Source: a virus
Lineage: Duplodnaviria; Heunggongvirae; Uroviricota; Caudoviricetes
Strand: one strand, 5' to 3'
IMG/VR virus record: IMGVR_UViG_3300047548_001036
Location: 64,001-114,568 of that record
Length of the DNA: 50,568 bases
Part shown: piece after piece, positions 37,161 through 46,270 of the stretch
Numbering within the stretch: position 1 is the stretch's first letter
How the letters are laid out: the number at the start of each line of letters is the position of its first letter
The notes under the pieces: generated by a model
What the model saw: only the letters and a program-made list of their open reading frames with translations
What the model was told of the DNA's origin: nothing
Databases searched by the model: none
Program-made: the position numbers and the translations under genes

Positions 37161-37594
37161 TGTTTAAAACTCCAGAAAAACAAACCGAACATAGACTTGC
37201 TGCCTGGAGACAACTCAGGCAGCATCTAGAAACTAGCAAAACTCCATTTGACGATGTAGTTAACTTTTTTAATCAATTTCCCAAAGCCAAAGTTTATACT
37301 GATCCATACGATCAAACAACTTGGCCAACTGCCTGGGAGTTAATTGAAGAGAATCAATATTGCCCATTTAACTTGATACTAGGCATCTGCTATACGTTGC
37401 AATTATGCGAACGTTTTCAAGATATAAAACCAAAGATTACCATTACAATAGACAAAACTAGTAATTGCGTGTATTATTTACTTATTGTAGACTCTATAAT
37501 CTACGGGTTTGAAGATAGTGCGTGGACCACACTTAAAGACTTACCGAAGTCATTGAAAAATATAAAGATTTATCATATGCCTGAGCTCCACTAA
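37160..37594 (+). CDS. Conserved phage hypothetical protein
   Basis: 144 aa 'RLAAWRQLR..LE...DPYDQ.TWPT.WELI.EN.YC'. Confidence 0.75.
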   Translation: MFKTPEKQTEHRLAAWRQLRQHLETSKTPFDDVVNFFNQFPKAKVYTDPYDQTTWPTAWELIEENQYCPFNLILGICYTLQLCERFQDIKPKITITIDKTSNCVYYLLIVDSIIYGFEDSAWTTLKDLPKSLKNIKIYHMPELH

Positions 37595-37643
37595 ATACTA
37601 CCTAATCCGTAAATTTTAAGAGTTAGTATCGAGAATAAGAAAT

Positions 37644-39974
37644 ATGACCAATATTACAGTAACTAAAAGGAGCGGCAAAAAAGAGCCGCTAATGATCGAA
37701 AAATGGCAGGCTCAAATTGCTAAAGTATGTAGTGGGATCGCCGATGTCAGTCAAAGTATGATTGAAATTAAAAGTCAACCACACTTTTACAATGGTATCA
37801 CTACTAGAGAGGTCGATGAAATCACGCTACGTGCAATCGTAGACCTTATCGATGTAGAATCTAATCCCGAAATAGGTCACACAAACTATCAATTTGTTGC
37901 CGGCAAACAACGTGTTAGCATGTTGCGTAAAGATGTATATGGTGATTATCAACCGTCCCGTCTTTATGATACCGTTAAACGAAATGTAGAAGTAGGATTA
38001 TATACTCCAGAACTTCTAGAATGGTACACCGAATCTGACTGGAATAAAATGGAGGAATTTATTGATCATGAAAAAGATGAACAATACAGCTATGCTGCGA
38101 TTGAACAACTGATCGAAAAATACCTTGTTAAAAATCGTGCTACCAAAGAAATTTATGAAACCCCACAGGTTCGTTATATGGTCGCCGCAGCTACTATCTT
38201 CCACAAAGAAGAGCCTAACAGCGCCCGCATGCGCTACATCAAGGAATATTACAATGCTGCTAGCGACGGCCTCTTTACTCTTGCAACTCCTGTTTTGGCC
38301 GGCCTTGGTACTCCAACTAAGCAATTTAGTTCTTGTGTGCTTATTCGTTCAGACGATGATCTTGATAGCATCTTTGCTAGTGGCGAAATGATGGCTAAGT
38401 ATGCTAGCAAACGTGCCGGCATCGGATTAGAAATTGGGCGTCTACGCCCGCTAGGCGCTCCCATTCGTGGTGGCGAAATCATGCACACTGGTATGATTCC
38501 GTTCCTTAAGAAATGGTTTGGAGACCTGCGTAGTTGCAGCCAAGGTGGCATCCGTAATGCTAGTGCCACTATTACCTACCCGATTTGGCATTATCAGTTT
38601 GAAGATCTTATTGTTCTTAAAAATAATCAAGGTACGGAAGAAACTCGTGTTCGATTTATGGACTACAGTGTTGTGTTGAGCAAGTTCTTCTGGCGTCGCT
38701 TTAAGAATAAGGAAAATATTACGTTCTTTGATCCCAACGAAGTCCCAGACATGTACGAGGCATTCTATCGTGATAGCGCACTATTTGAAAAAATGTATGT
38801 AGAGAACGAAGCTCGATCTGATCTTCGTAAAAAAGTAATGTCAGCAGAAGATGTTTTTAAAGGCGGCATTCTTAAAGAAAGAACTGACACCGGTCGCATT
38901 TACATTGTGTTTATCGATAACGTGCAAAAGCAAGGCCCATTTGACACACTCGTTGACCCCATCTATCAAAGCAACCTTTGCCAGGAAATACTTCTGCCAA
39001 CTCGAGCGTTCAAACGCCTCGACGACGACGAAGGCCGAATTGCATTGTGTACTCTAGGCAGCATGAACTGGGGTGCATTCCGTAATCCTGAAGATATGCG
39101 TCGAGCTTGCCGTATTCTACATCGCAGCCTTAATAACATTCTTGATTATCAGGATTTCTTGAGTATTCAAAGTAAATTAAGTAACGAAGAAATTAGACCG
39201 TTAGGTATTGGTGTTACTAACCTTGCCTATTGGCATGCCAAACGAGGGTTTAAGTACGGAGATAACGATTCACTTGCAGAGGTCAAAAGCTGGCAGGAAC
39301 ACCAAAGCTTCTATCTCACAGAAGCTAGTGTTGAACTAGCCAAAGAACGAGGAAAGTGCTTGCACAGTGATCGTACTCGTTATGGCCAAGGCATATTCCC
39401 CTGGGAACTACGAGCAGAAGGTGTCAATGAACTGGTTGACTTTACTCCCGAACTCGACTGGGAACCACTACGTGCTGAAATGATCAGACACGGGGTACGT
39501 AATGCCACGGTCGGTGCAATTGCCCCTGTCGAATCCAGTAGCGTTGTTATCAATAGTACTAACGGTATTGAAATGCCTATGAGTTTAATTAGTACCAAAG
39601 AAAGCAAAGCAGGATCATTTACCCAAGTTGTTCCAGATTATCAAAATCCTAAGGTACGCAAGAACTATCAACTAATGTGGGAACAAAAAGATTGCGATTC
39701 TTATCTAAAAACTGCTGCGGTTCTAGCTGCGTATACTGATCAAAGTATCAGCACAAACACATTCTACAATCCTGCGCACTTTCCTGGACGTAAGATCCCT
39801 ACTACCCTAATTGCCGGTAATCTAATGAAAGCACATAACTGGGGTATAAAAACCATATACTACAGTCTCGTGAACAAAAAAGGTAGTAAGGCAAATACCG
39901 AAGAAGTACAAGCCACATCTTTAGAAAAAATAGATTTTGACAGCGAAGATTCCTGCGAATCTTGCAAATTATAA
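37644..39974 (+). CDS. nrdA: Class Ia ribonucleotide reductase alpha subunit
   Basis: N-terminal ATP cone 'VTKRSG.KEP'; 'ATPVLAG', 'QFSSCVL', 'QSNLCQEI' (radical Cys), 'CTLGS', 'APVESSS', 'KTIYY' and C-terminal 'CESCKL'. Confidence 0.97.
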   Translation: MTNITVTKRSGKKEPLMIEKWQAQIAKVCSGIADVSQSMIEIKSQPHFYNGITTREVDEITLRAIVDLIDVESNPEIGHTNYQFVAGKQRVSMLRKDVYGDYQPSRLYDTVKRNVEVGLYTPELLEWYTESDWNKMEEFIDHEKDEQYSYAAIEQLIEKYLVKNRATKEIYETPQVRYMVAAATIFHKEEPNSARMRYIKEYYNAASDGLFTLATPVLAGLGTPTKQFSSCVLIRSDDDLDSIFASGEMMAKYASKRAGIGLEIGRLRPLGAPIRGGEIMHTGMIPFLKKWFGDLRSCSQGGIRNASATITYPIWHYQFEDLIVLKNNQGTEETRVRFMDYSVVLSKFFWRRFKNKENITFFDPNEVPDMYEAFYRDSALFEKMYVENEARSDLRKKVMSAEDVFKGGILKERTDTGRIYIVFIDNVQKQGPFDTLVDPIYQSNLCQEILLPTRAFKRLDDDEGRIALCTLGSMNWGAFRNPEDMRRACRILHRSLNNILDYQDFLSIQSKLSNEEIRPLGIGVTNLAYWHAKRGFKYGDNDSLAEVKSWQEHQSFYLTEASVELAKERGKCLHSDRTRYGQGIFPWELRAEGVNELVDFTPELDWEPLRAEMIRHGVRNATVGAIAPVESSSVVINSTNGIEMPMSLISTKESKAGSFTQVVPDYQNPKVRKNYQLMWEQKDCDSYLKTAAVLAAYTDQSISTNTFYNPAHFPGRKIPTTLIAGNLMKAHNWGIKTIYYSLVNKKGSKANTEEVQATSLEKIDFDSEDSCESCKL

Positions 39975-39989
39975 AAATAGTGTTATACT
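39962..39989 (+). promoter_or_regulatory. sigma70-type promoter with an extended -10, upstream of nrdB
   Basis: TTGCAA - 16 nt - TATACT with TG at the extended position. Confidence 0.55.
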
Positions 39990-40065
39990 ATTAAACTAAC
40001 CTTAGCCCGTAAAAATATTTTTGAGTATTTAAGCGGGCTACTTACCCTTATCAACATATCGATCA

Positions 40066-40170
40066 ATGTTAACTATGATACTACCTATTTGCTCTAAATG
40101 CCAAACCAGGCATAGCCCATCCGAGGCATGCCCAACCGATTTCAGCGACGGAGAACAATGCCATGAGTAA
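40066..40170 (+). CDS. Putative Cys/His micro-protein (CX2CX3HX5C) overlapping the nrdB start
   Basis: MLTMILPICSKCQTRHSPSEACPTDFSDGEQCHE*; starts at 40066 or 40075; the stop overlaps the nrdB ATG; no clear SD. Confidence 0.4.
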   Translation: MLTMILPICSKCQTRHSPSEACPTDFSDGEQCHE

Positions 40171-41263
40171 AGCACAATACAATCTCACAACTAAAACAGA
40201 TTATCTTAATCGTAAGATGTTTTTGGATCCCGCTGGACCAGTTACTATTCAGCGTTTTGAAGAATGTAAATATCCAAAAATTGCTGATTTTGAAACTACG
40301 GCTCGTGGATTCTTTTGGGTTCCAGAAGAAATCAGTTTGACAAAAGACGCGCAGGATCACAAAGAAGCAACGGAAGCAATCAAGCACATTTTTACCAGTA
40401 ACTTACTGAGGCAAACTGCTTTAGATAGTTTGCAGGGGCGAGGTCCTAGCCAAGTGTTTACTCCAGTTGTGAGTTTGCCTGAATTAGAAGCGCTAGTTTA
40501 TAACTGGTCATTTTTTGAAACAAATATCCATAGCCGTAGCTACAGCCACATTATTCGTAACGTGTATAACGTTCCTAAAGAAATGTTTAACACAATTCAC
40601 GATACCAAACCTATCATTGATATGGCTGCAAGTATTGGGCGATACTACGATGCATTGCATGTACTCAACTGCATGAAAGAAGCGGGCATTGAAGTTAGTG
40701 AACACGAACATGTTAAAGCCATTTGGTTAGCATTGCACGCAAGTTATGCGCTAGAAGCGTTTCGCTTTATGGTTAGCTTTGCAACTAGTCTTGCTATGGT
40801 TGAGAATAAGATTTATATTGGAAACGGTAATATTATTAGCCTAATTTTACAAGACGAGATATTGCATAAAGGCTGGACTGCGTATATAATTAACCAAGTC
40901 GTTAAGGATGATCCGCGTTTTGCAGCAATAAAGCTTGAATGTGTTGACGAAGTAAATCAAATCTATCGAGAAGTTATTAAAGAAGAAAAAGAATGGGCTG
41001 ACTACTTGTTCCAAAAGGGACCAGTTATCGGACTTAATGCTAATATTCTTAAAGACTTTGTAGATTATACTGCTGTTGGTGCATTAAAGGACATCGGTAT
41101 TAAGTACTGGAATCCTGCTCCTAAAAATACACCAATTCCGTGGTTTAATAAGCATGTATCTACGGATAAAAAGCAAACTGCACTACAAGAATCAGAATCA
41201 ACAAATTATGTTATCGGAATTATGAGCGATCAACTCGACTACGATGCATTACCGAACATTTAA
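40163..41263 (+). CDS. nrdB: Class Ia ribonucleotide reductase beta subunit
   Basis: 'FFWVPEEISL..D', 'LLRQTALDS.QGR', 'ETNIHSRSY', 'LEAFRF..SF', 'DEILH' and C-terminal 'QE.E...Y'. Confidence 0.97.
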   Translation: MSKAQYNLTTKTDYLNRKMFLDPAGPVTIQRFEECKYPKIADFETTARGFFWVPEEISLTKDAQDHKEATEAIKHIFTSNLLRQTALDSLQGRGPSQVFTPVVSLPELEALVYNWSFFETNIHSRSYSHIIRNVYNVPKEMFNTIHDTKPIIDMAASIGRYYDALHVLNCMKEAGIEVSEHEHVKAIWLALHASYALEAFRFMVSFATSLAMVENKIYIGNGNIISLILQDEILHKGWTAYIINQVVKDDPRFAAIKLECVDEVNQIYREVIKEEKEWADYLFQKGPVIGLNANILKDFVDYTAVGALKDIGIKYWNPAPKNTPIPWFNKHVSTDKKQTALQESESTNYVIGIMSDQLDYDALPNI

Positions 41264-41273
41264 GGAAAAGAAC

Positions 41274-41441
41274 ATGGCAAAACTACATGAAGAAGTAATT
41301 ATTTTAAAAGTTACCAAGCTTATTAAAGACACTGATGAAATGTCTGAACCACTAGTTGGTGATAGCTTGTTGTCTGCACTTGAAGATGTAGCTGCAGAAC
41401 TAATCGGCCAAGGTGCCGTAATCGAAACAGAAAGGGCTTAA
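41274..41441 (+). CDS. Small hypothetical protein
   Basis: Start at the ATG 41274 (AAGGA SD); 55 aa 'MAKLHEEVIILKVTKLIKD'. Confidence 0.7.
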   Translation: MAKLHEEVIILKVTKLIKDTDEMSEPLVGDSLLSALEDVAAELIGQGAVIETERA

Positions 41442-41442
41442 A

Positions 41443-41679
41443 ATGAATGCAATTGTTTGGAGTAAAGAAAACTGTATGTTTTGCGATCAAGCCAAAACAT
41501 TACTCAATCAAAAGGGCATTGCGTTTGAAGAACGTAAAATTGGAGGGAATTGGTCTAAAGAACAGCTACTAGAAGCGGTGCCTACGGCTCGCACAGTACC
41601 TCAAATTTTCTTAAACGATCAGTATATCGGAGGATTTACTGAATTAAATAAATATTTAAAAGAAACGAGCACACAATGA
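41443..41679 (+). CDS. Glutaredoxin
   Basis: 'VWSKENCMFCDQAK' (CxxC) and 'ARTVPQIF....IGGFTEL'; next to nrdAB. Confidence 0.92.
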   Translation: MNAIVWSKENCMFCDQAKTLLNQKGIAFEERKIGGNWSKEQLLEAVPTARTVPQIFLNDQYIGGFTELNKYLKETSTQ

Positions 41680-41966
41680 TTATTGACAAAGGGGTTTCCG
41701 CTGGGGAAGTTGTTACATTTAAACTGACTTCAGGAGAAGAGCTAGTTGCTCGATTGGTTGAAGAAACCGATACTCACTATAAAGTATCAAAACCGAATGT
41801 CATAGGAATGAGCCCGAAAGGGCCTGCACTGATGCCCTATTTGTTTACTGTTGATCCCAGTAAAGAAATTAAACTAAACAAAGGTGTGGTTGCAGTTGCA
41901 GTTGCTTCGGATAAAGAATTTGCTAGCCAGTACGTTCAAAGTACAACTGGCATTGCTCTAGCGTAA
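41676..41966 (+). CDS. Conserved phage hypothetical protein (possible Sm-like fold)
   Basis: 'VVTFKLTSGEELVARL'; ATGA-type overlap. Confidence 0.7.
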   Translation: MIIDKGVSAGEVVTFKLTSGEELVARLVEETDTHYKVSKPNVIGMSPKGPALMPYLFTVDPSKEIKLNKGVVAVAVASDKEFASQYVQSTTGIALA

Positions 41967-41978
41967 AGGAAATATAAT

Positions 41979-42287
41979 ATGCCACTGGTTGCACGAGGAA
42001 ATGGTGTCGATATCGTAAATACTGGTCATCCAGTGTGCATATCTCCTGGACAAATAGCTACTGATACATGTTCAGGAAATGTTTTTATAGAAAATGTTGG
42101 AGTTCATCGAGAGTCGGATTTAAATGTGCCTCATACACATTGTCCTCCGGTGTACGGCACACCGGTAGTCACATTTAGTCCGAATGTCTATGTTAATAAT
42201 CTACATGTAGCTAGGCAGGGCGACAAGTATAGCTGCGATGCATTTGTTGAAACTGTAACGCAATCAACCGTCTACGCAAATAGTTGA
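41979..42287 (+). CDS. PAAR-like (T4 gp5.4-like) spike-tip protein
   Basis: 'MPLVAR.GD-like', 'S.NVF.EN.GVHR..D....H', 'S.NVYVN...VARQGD...C'; His/Cys metal ligands. Confidence 0.75.
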   Translation: MPLVARGNGVDIVNTGHPVCISPGQIATDTCSGNVFIENVGVHRESDLNVPHTHCPPVYGTPVVTFSPNVYVNNLHVARQGDKYSCDAFVETVTQSTVYANS

Positions 42288-42312
42288 CTAAGTGTGTATT
42301 CTATGTAATAAT
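42284..42312 (+). promoter_or_regulatory. sigma70-type promoter (probably leaderless)
   Basis: TTGACT - 17 nt - AATAAT with extended TG; ATG at 42319. Confidence 0.6.
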
Positions 42313-42318
42313 AGATAC

Positions 42319-42921
42319 ATGAACAAGCTAATACTTACAGACGCAGACGGCGTTTTACTTAATTGGGAATGGGCATTCCGATGCTGGATGACCGAACACG
42401 GGTACAGGTTCAACGAGGACGGTCGAAAGAGCTACTACCTTACTCATCATTATAAAGACACCGATACTGATGAGATTATTCGGCAAATTAAAACCTTTAA
42501 CGAAAGTGCGGCAATCGGGTTCCTTCCGGCGCTTCGAGATGCAACACATTATGTTAAGCGACTTCACGAAGAACACGGGTATCAGTTTCGTGTAATTACT
42601 AGCTTGAGCACCGATAAAAATGCTGCACGGTTGCGGGAAATGAACCTTAAAAAGATTTTCGGCACTGCAATCGAAAGTGTCATATGCATTGCAACCAATG
42701 CACCAAAAGACGACGTACTTCTACCATATAAAGATAGCCAGTTGTACTGGATCGAAGATAAGGTTGAAAACGCCGATACCGGACACAATCTCGGATTGCG
42801 AACAATACTAATGGAGCATGGGCATAATATGGATCACCAATGCAGTTATCCTATAGTTAAAAACTGGAAAGAGATCTTTGATATCGTAACAACTTCCAAC
42901 TATTCCATCAAAGGAGTTTAA
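42319..42921 (+). CDS. HAD-family 5'(3')-deoxyribonucleotidase-like protein
   Basis: 'ILTDADGVLLNW' (DxDGV motif), 'VITSL' and 'YWIEDK.ENA'; likely start ATG 42319. Confidence 0.82.
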   Translation: MNKLILTDADGVLLNWEWAFRCWMTEHGYRFNEDGRKSYYLTHHYKDTDTDEIIRQIKTFNESAAIGFLPALRDATHYVKRLHEEHGYQFRVITSLSTDKNAARLREMNLKKIFGTAIESVICIATNAPKDDVLLPYKDSQLYWIEDKVENADTGHNLGLRTILMEHGHNMDHQCSYPIVKNWKEIFDIVTTSNYSIKGV

Positions 42922-42922
42922 A

Positions 42923-43006
42923 ATGGGTCGAATTCTTAGAAAACGTGCAGCAAAAACTAAAGCAGCTAGTCGAGCTCGGACCACTAAACGAAGTAAATGT
43001 TACTAA
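42923..43006 (+). CDS. Unannotated 27-aa highly basic peptide (MGRILRKRAAKTKAASRARTTKRSKCY)
   Basis: AAAGGAG SD 7 nt upstream of the ATG; 10 of 27 residues are K/R. Confidence 0.65.
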   Translation: MGRILRKRAAKTKAASRARTTKRSKCY

Positions 43007-43041
43007 TATACAATAAATAAATTGTATATGGATTATTTACT

Positions 43042-43371
43042 ATGAAATACTGGTCTAGAGACGATACTAAAGAGTGGGTGATTCAATTAGAGCACCGTGT
43101 TAAAGATTTACAGTTTTATCTCTCTAGATCAGTTGAATGGTGTGAAGAAAACGAAATACATAACGAGCGTGCTGTACTAATGTGCAGTATTGTTTCTTTA
43201 ATATGGGTAAGCCATCTTCGCAATGAACCAATTAGCATACACGAAATGTTTGAAATATTGGGCATTGTTAATTGGGAAGACGCGAATGATGCAGTATTCG
43301 AATTTAATCCCGAATATGCATCCATGGAGCTTGAAGAACTACTTCGTATCATTGTCGACTCGTTCTTGTAG
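43042..43371 (+). CDS. Hypothetical protein
   Basis: 109 aa; TAAATA at 43014. Confidence 0.7.
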   Translation: MKYWSRDDTKEWVIQLEHRVKDLQFYLSRSVEWCEENEIHNERAVLMCSIVSLIWVSHLRNEPISIHEMFEILGIVNWEDANDAVFEFNPEYASMELEELLRIIVDSFL

Positions 43372-43397
43372 ACTTTGAACTAAAAATACTGTATAAT
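43369..43397 (+). promoter_or_regulatory. sigma70-type promoter
   Basis: TAGACT - 17 nt - TATAAT. Confidence 0.65.
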
Positions 43398-43428
43398 ATA
43401 GTTACTTTCAACTACTGGATATAACTAT

Positions 43429-43821
43429 ATGAGTATGCACCTTCATCACGCTAGTCTGAGTCTTAACGGTAAGAGCAAGGCTAAGAAAAAGTTCCGCAAT
43501 GCAGAAGAAGCAAGACGAGCTCGTGAATTGGAAGATTCTTGGGAAAAGCTCCAAAAGAAATGGGATGTAAAACCTGCTGCTAAAAAAGCAACTCGTACAA
43601 CCTCTAAAGATTCTAATTGGAGTTACAATTTATCGGTTCCCACTGATCGTAACACTAAACATATTCCTAGTTTGAATAGCGGGGCAGGAGTTGCTACTAA
43701 AGCAGAGCCCAAGCAATATACTGGAACTAAAGTGATTGGCGTTACTGTATTGCATAAAAGTTGTCTGCAACCTGTGTTTAACGAACAGGCTGCTAAAGAC
43801 GCAGCTTCTATGCGTAGATAA
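43429..43821 (+). CDS. Conserved T4-like-phage basic hypothetical protein
   Basis: C-terminal 'YTGTKVIGV.VLHKS.L.PVF....A.D.A.MRR' motif. Confidence 0.75.
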   Translation: MSMHLHHASLSLNGKSKAKKKFRNAEEARRARELEDSWEKLQKKWDVKPAAKKATRTTSKDSNWSYNLSVPTDRNTKHIPSLNSGAGVATKAEPKQYTGTKVIGVTVLHKSCLQPVFNEQAAKDAASMRR

Positions 43822-43841
43822 ATAAATTTTATTTTTGATTT

Positions 43842-43872
43842 TTGTACCTCATCGGGTTGAGGTACAATTTTT
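43842..43872 (+). terminator. Hairpin plus U-tract (terminator or 5' leader hairpin)
   Basis: TTGTACCTCA-tcgggt-TGAGGTACAA perfect 10-bp stem followed by TTTTT. Confidence 0.65.
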
Positions 43873-43953
43873 GGCTTTTTGCATAAAGGAGTGTTTTAAG
43901 AGCCGTACAAAGAGGGGCCTAGCAAATCCCTTATCCAGCGTAAAGGAGATTAT

Positions 43954-44475
43954 ATGATACGCATCATAACCAAGGCACGACTAGTGGCCTTATCAATACT
44001 AGTCAGCGTGAGTTGTTTACAGGTGACCAAAGCCGAGGACAATGTAGAAAATTCCGCAACACTAGAAACAACATTGCAAGAAAAGGAAGTTCAGTGTCTT
44101 GCAAAAAATATCTACTTCGAGTCCAGAGGTGAACCTAAAGAAGGTATGGTGGCGGTGGGCATTGTTACTCTTAACAGAGCAGATCACCCAAATTACCCCG
44201 ATTCTATTTGTGGAGTAGTACATCATAAAACTAAGATGTCAAACGGAAAAACTGTTTGTCAATTTAGCTGGGCTTGTAAGAAGTCTCGTCAACCTAAAAA
44301 ATCAGATCCACTTTGGGAAGAATCTGTTAGGATTGCTAAACAGCTACTGACTGGCAAGTTTGAGTTTTGGCAAACAAAGTATGAAAATGCACACTCGTTT
44401 CATAGCACAAGTGTATCGCCTAGATGGAATCTCAAAAGAGTTGCCCGTGTAGGCAGGCATATATTTTATCGTTGA
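43954..44475 (+). CDS. SleB-like cell wall hydrolase (Hydrolase_2)
   Basis: Signal/TM N-terminus; 'CLAKNIYFESRGEP..GMVAVGIVTLNR...YP.SICGVV', 'CQFSW' and 'VG.HIFYR'. Confidence 0.9.
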   Translation: MIRIITKARLVALSILVSVSCLQVTKAEDNVENSATLETTLQEKEVQCLAKNIYFESRGEPKEGMVAVGIVTLNRADHPNYPDSICGVVHHKTKMSNGKTVCQFSWACKKSRQPKKSDPLWEESVRIAKQLLTGKFEFWQTKYENAHSFHSTSVSPRWNLKRVARVGRHIFYR

Positions 44476-44505
44476 TAAATACAAAATAACATAAGGATTG
44501 CGATT

Positions 44506-45102
44506 ATGCCATCAGGATTTCAACAAGATATAAACCAACTACAAACTAACTTTTACAGAGTAGCAATTGACCTAACAGGGTATCCTACTGCTGACGGTAA
44601 TACTAACGGGGGAGTCACACCCAATAGTTCCGATAGCTTTAGCACAGCTAATCTACCGACCACACTGGTCAAAGGTAAGCAACGTGCTCGTGGTAATATG
44701 CGTTTTAGAAACATCATTAACAGACTATCTGGATTAGCAGACTGCCAGCTTCTGGATGTTACTATTACCGAAGCCAACGGAGATGCCCAGGCTACTGCTT
44801 TAGCATTTACTGTTAAATTTGAGAGGGATGCATTCATCGCTCTAACTGGAGCAAAACAGGGATCTGGTACTGTAGGGAACGATGTACAAGGTAATGCCAT
44901 GGATACTATTGCTAAGTGCGTTAAAAATGCAGTAGTACAAGGAATATTAGATCAAACTACTTCTAGCGCCCGCGTCTATAATGGAGATGACGGTACCGAC
45001 AATCAGCTAAGTATTACGGTTGCGGCTCCAGATACACAAGCAAATGTGTATGCTGATGTCACTGTAACTCAAAATACAGATACAACATTAATTAATAGTT
45101 AA
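44506..45102 (+). CDS. Probable virion structural protein (unknown family)
   Basis: 198 aa, T/N/A-rich; TAAATA at 44476 and AAGGA SD. Confidence 0.7.
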   Translation: MPSGFQQDINQLQTNFYRVAIDLTGYPTADGNTNGGVTPNSSDSFSTANLPTTLVKGKQRARGNMRFRNIINRLSGLADCQLLDVTITEANGDAQATALAFTVKFERDAFIALTGAKQGSGTVGNDVQGNAMDTIAKCVKNAVVQGILDQTTSSARVYNGDDGTDNQLSITVAAPDTQANVYADVTVTQNTDTTLINS

Positions 45103-45106
45103 ACAA

Positions 45107-46270
45107 ATGATTTTAGGAATTCTATTGCTCTTGGCAGGGCTCACTATCTCTGCAGTTGCAATCTATTATTCAGTTTTAGGCCTAGCTGCAATATTTGCAG
45201 CTGCAACTATTCCCATATACATTATGGGAGGAGCACTAGAAGTTTCAAAATTAATAGCAGCCAGTTGGCTCAAAGCCAACTGGCATCGAGCCACAGGACT
45301 AATCAAATATTATATGTTAGTCGCGGTGACCATACTAATGATTATTACCAGTATGGGTATCTTTGGCTTTTTAAGCAAAGCTCACTTAGACCAAAGTGTT
45401 CCAGCAGGCGACGTTGCTGCGCAAGTTGCATTGCTTGACGAAAAAATTAAAATCCAAAAAGATAACATAGATTCTGCAAGACGAGCATTAGAGCAGATGG
45501 ATTCTCAGGTTAACCAACGGCTAGCCGGCAATAATGCACAGCAATCCGCAGAGCGTAGTGTTCAAATTCGTAGGGCACAGGCTAAGGAAAGAGCAGCATT
45601 GCAGTCCGAAATTACAACAGCACAACAAACTATTTCAAAACTAAATGAAGAACGTGCTCCTATCGCTAGTCAGCTTCGTAAAGTAGAAGCCGAGGTCGGT
45701 CCGATTAAATACATTGCACAGTTTGTTTATGGACAAGAAGCTGATCAGGGGCTTTTAGAAAAATCTGTAACCTGGGTTATTATTTTAATTGTTTTAGTAT
45801 TTGACCCATTAGCAATTGTTATGCTTCTTGCAGCTCAAATGACATTTAATTGGTATAAAAAGGACAAGGAGCAAAAAAATGATATTATCAATACAATTGA
45901 TGATACTGAGCACAGTGATAATAAAAACGCTGATAGCGGACTTTTATTGGTTCCTGAACCCTCAGCTGAACCCGTTGATGAACCAGTGGTTGAATCCAAG
46001 GTAACAGACATACAACCTGTATCTATCTTGTCTAAACACCCATATTTAGAAAAACCGTTCTCACACTTTAAGAATCTAACACCTTTAGTTAGCAAAACTA
46101 ACAAAAAAGAAGAAATACCTACACCAGAGATTGAAGTGCCGGTAACTGAAGATGTAGATTCTACCGAAGGTAAAAAGTATAAGCTTTTACCCGAACTACA
46201 AGAAGAAACCCAAAAAAAAAAGTTTATAATCAAGACTCAGGGACAACAGTTAACACGAACAACGAAATAG
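45107..46270 (+). CDS. Membrane-anchored coiled-coil protein
   Basis: Three or four N-terminal TM segments, 'FGFLSKAH', a long coiled coil, 'EVGPIKYIA', TM 'VIILIVLVFDPLAIVMLLA' and an acidic linker; A10 run near the end. Confidence 0.82.
   Translation: MILGILLLLAGLTISAVAIYYSVLGLAAIFAAATIPIYIMGGALEVSKLIAASWLKANWHRATGLIKYYMLVAVTILMIITSMGIFGFLSKAHLDQSVPAGDVAAQVALLDEKIKIQKDNIDSARRALEQMDSQVNQRLAGNNAQQSAERSVQIRRAQAKERAALQSEITTAQQTISKLNEERAPIASQLRKVEAEVGPIKYIAQFVYGQEADQGLLEKSVTWVIILIVLVFDPLAIVMLLAAQMTFNWYKKDKEQKNDIINTIDDTEHSDNKNADSGLLLVPEPSAEPVDEPVVESKVTDIQPVSILSKHPYLEKPFSHFKNLTPLVSKTNKKEEIPTPEIEVPVTEDVDSTEGKKYKLLPELQEETQKKKFIIKTQGQQLTRTTK

Noticed and set aside
37644-41263. Intron, intein or homing endonuclease in nrdA/nrdB
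   Set aside because: Both genes are of normal length and uninterrupted; the 188-nt spacer is too short for an endonuclease.
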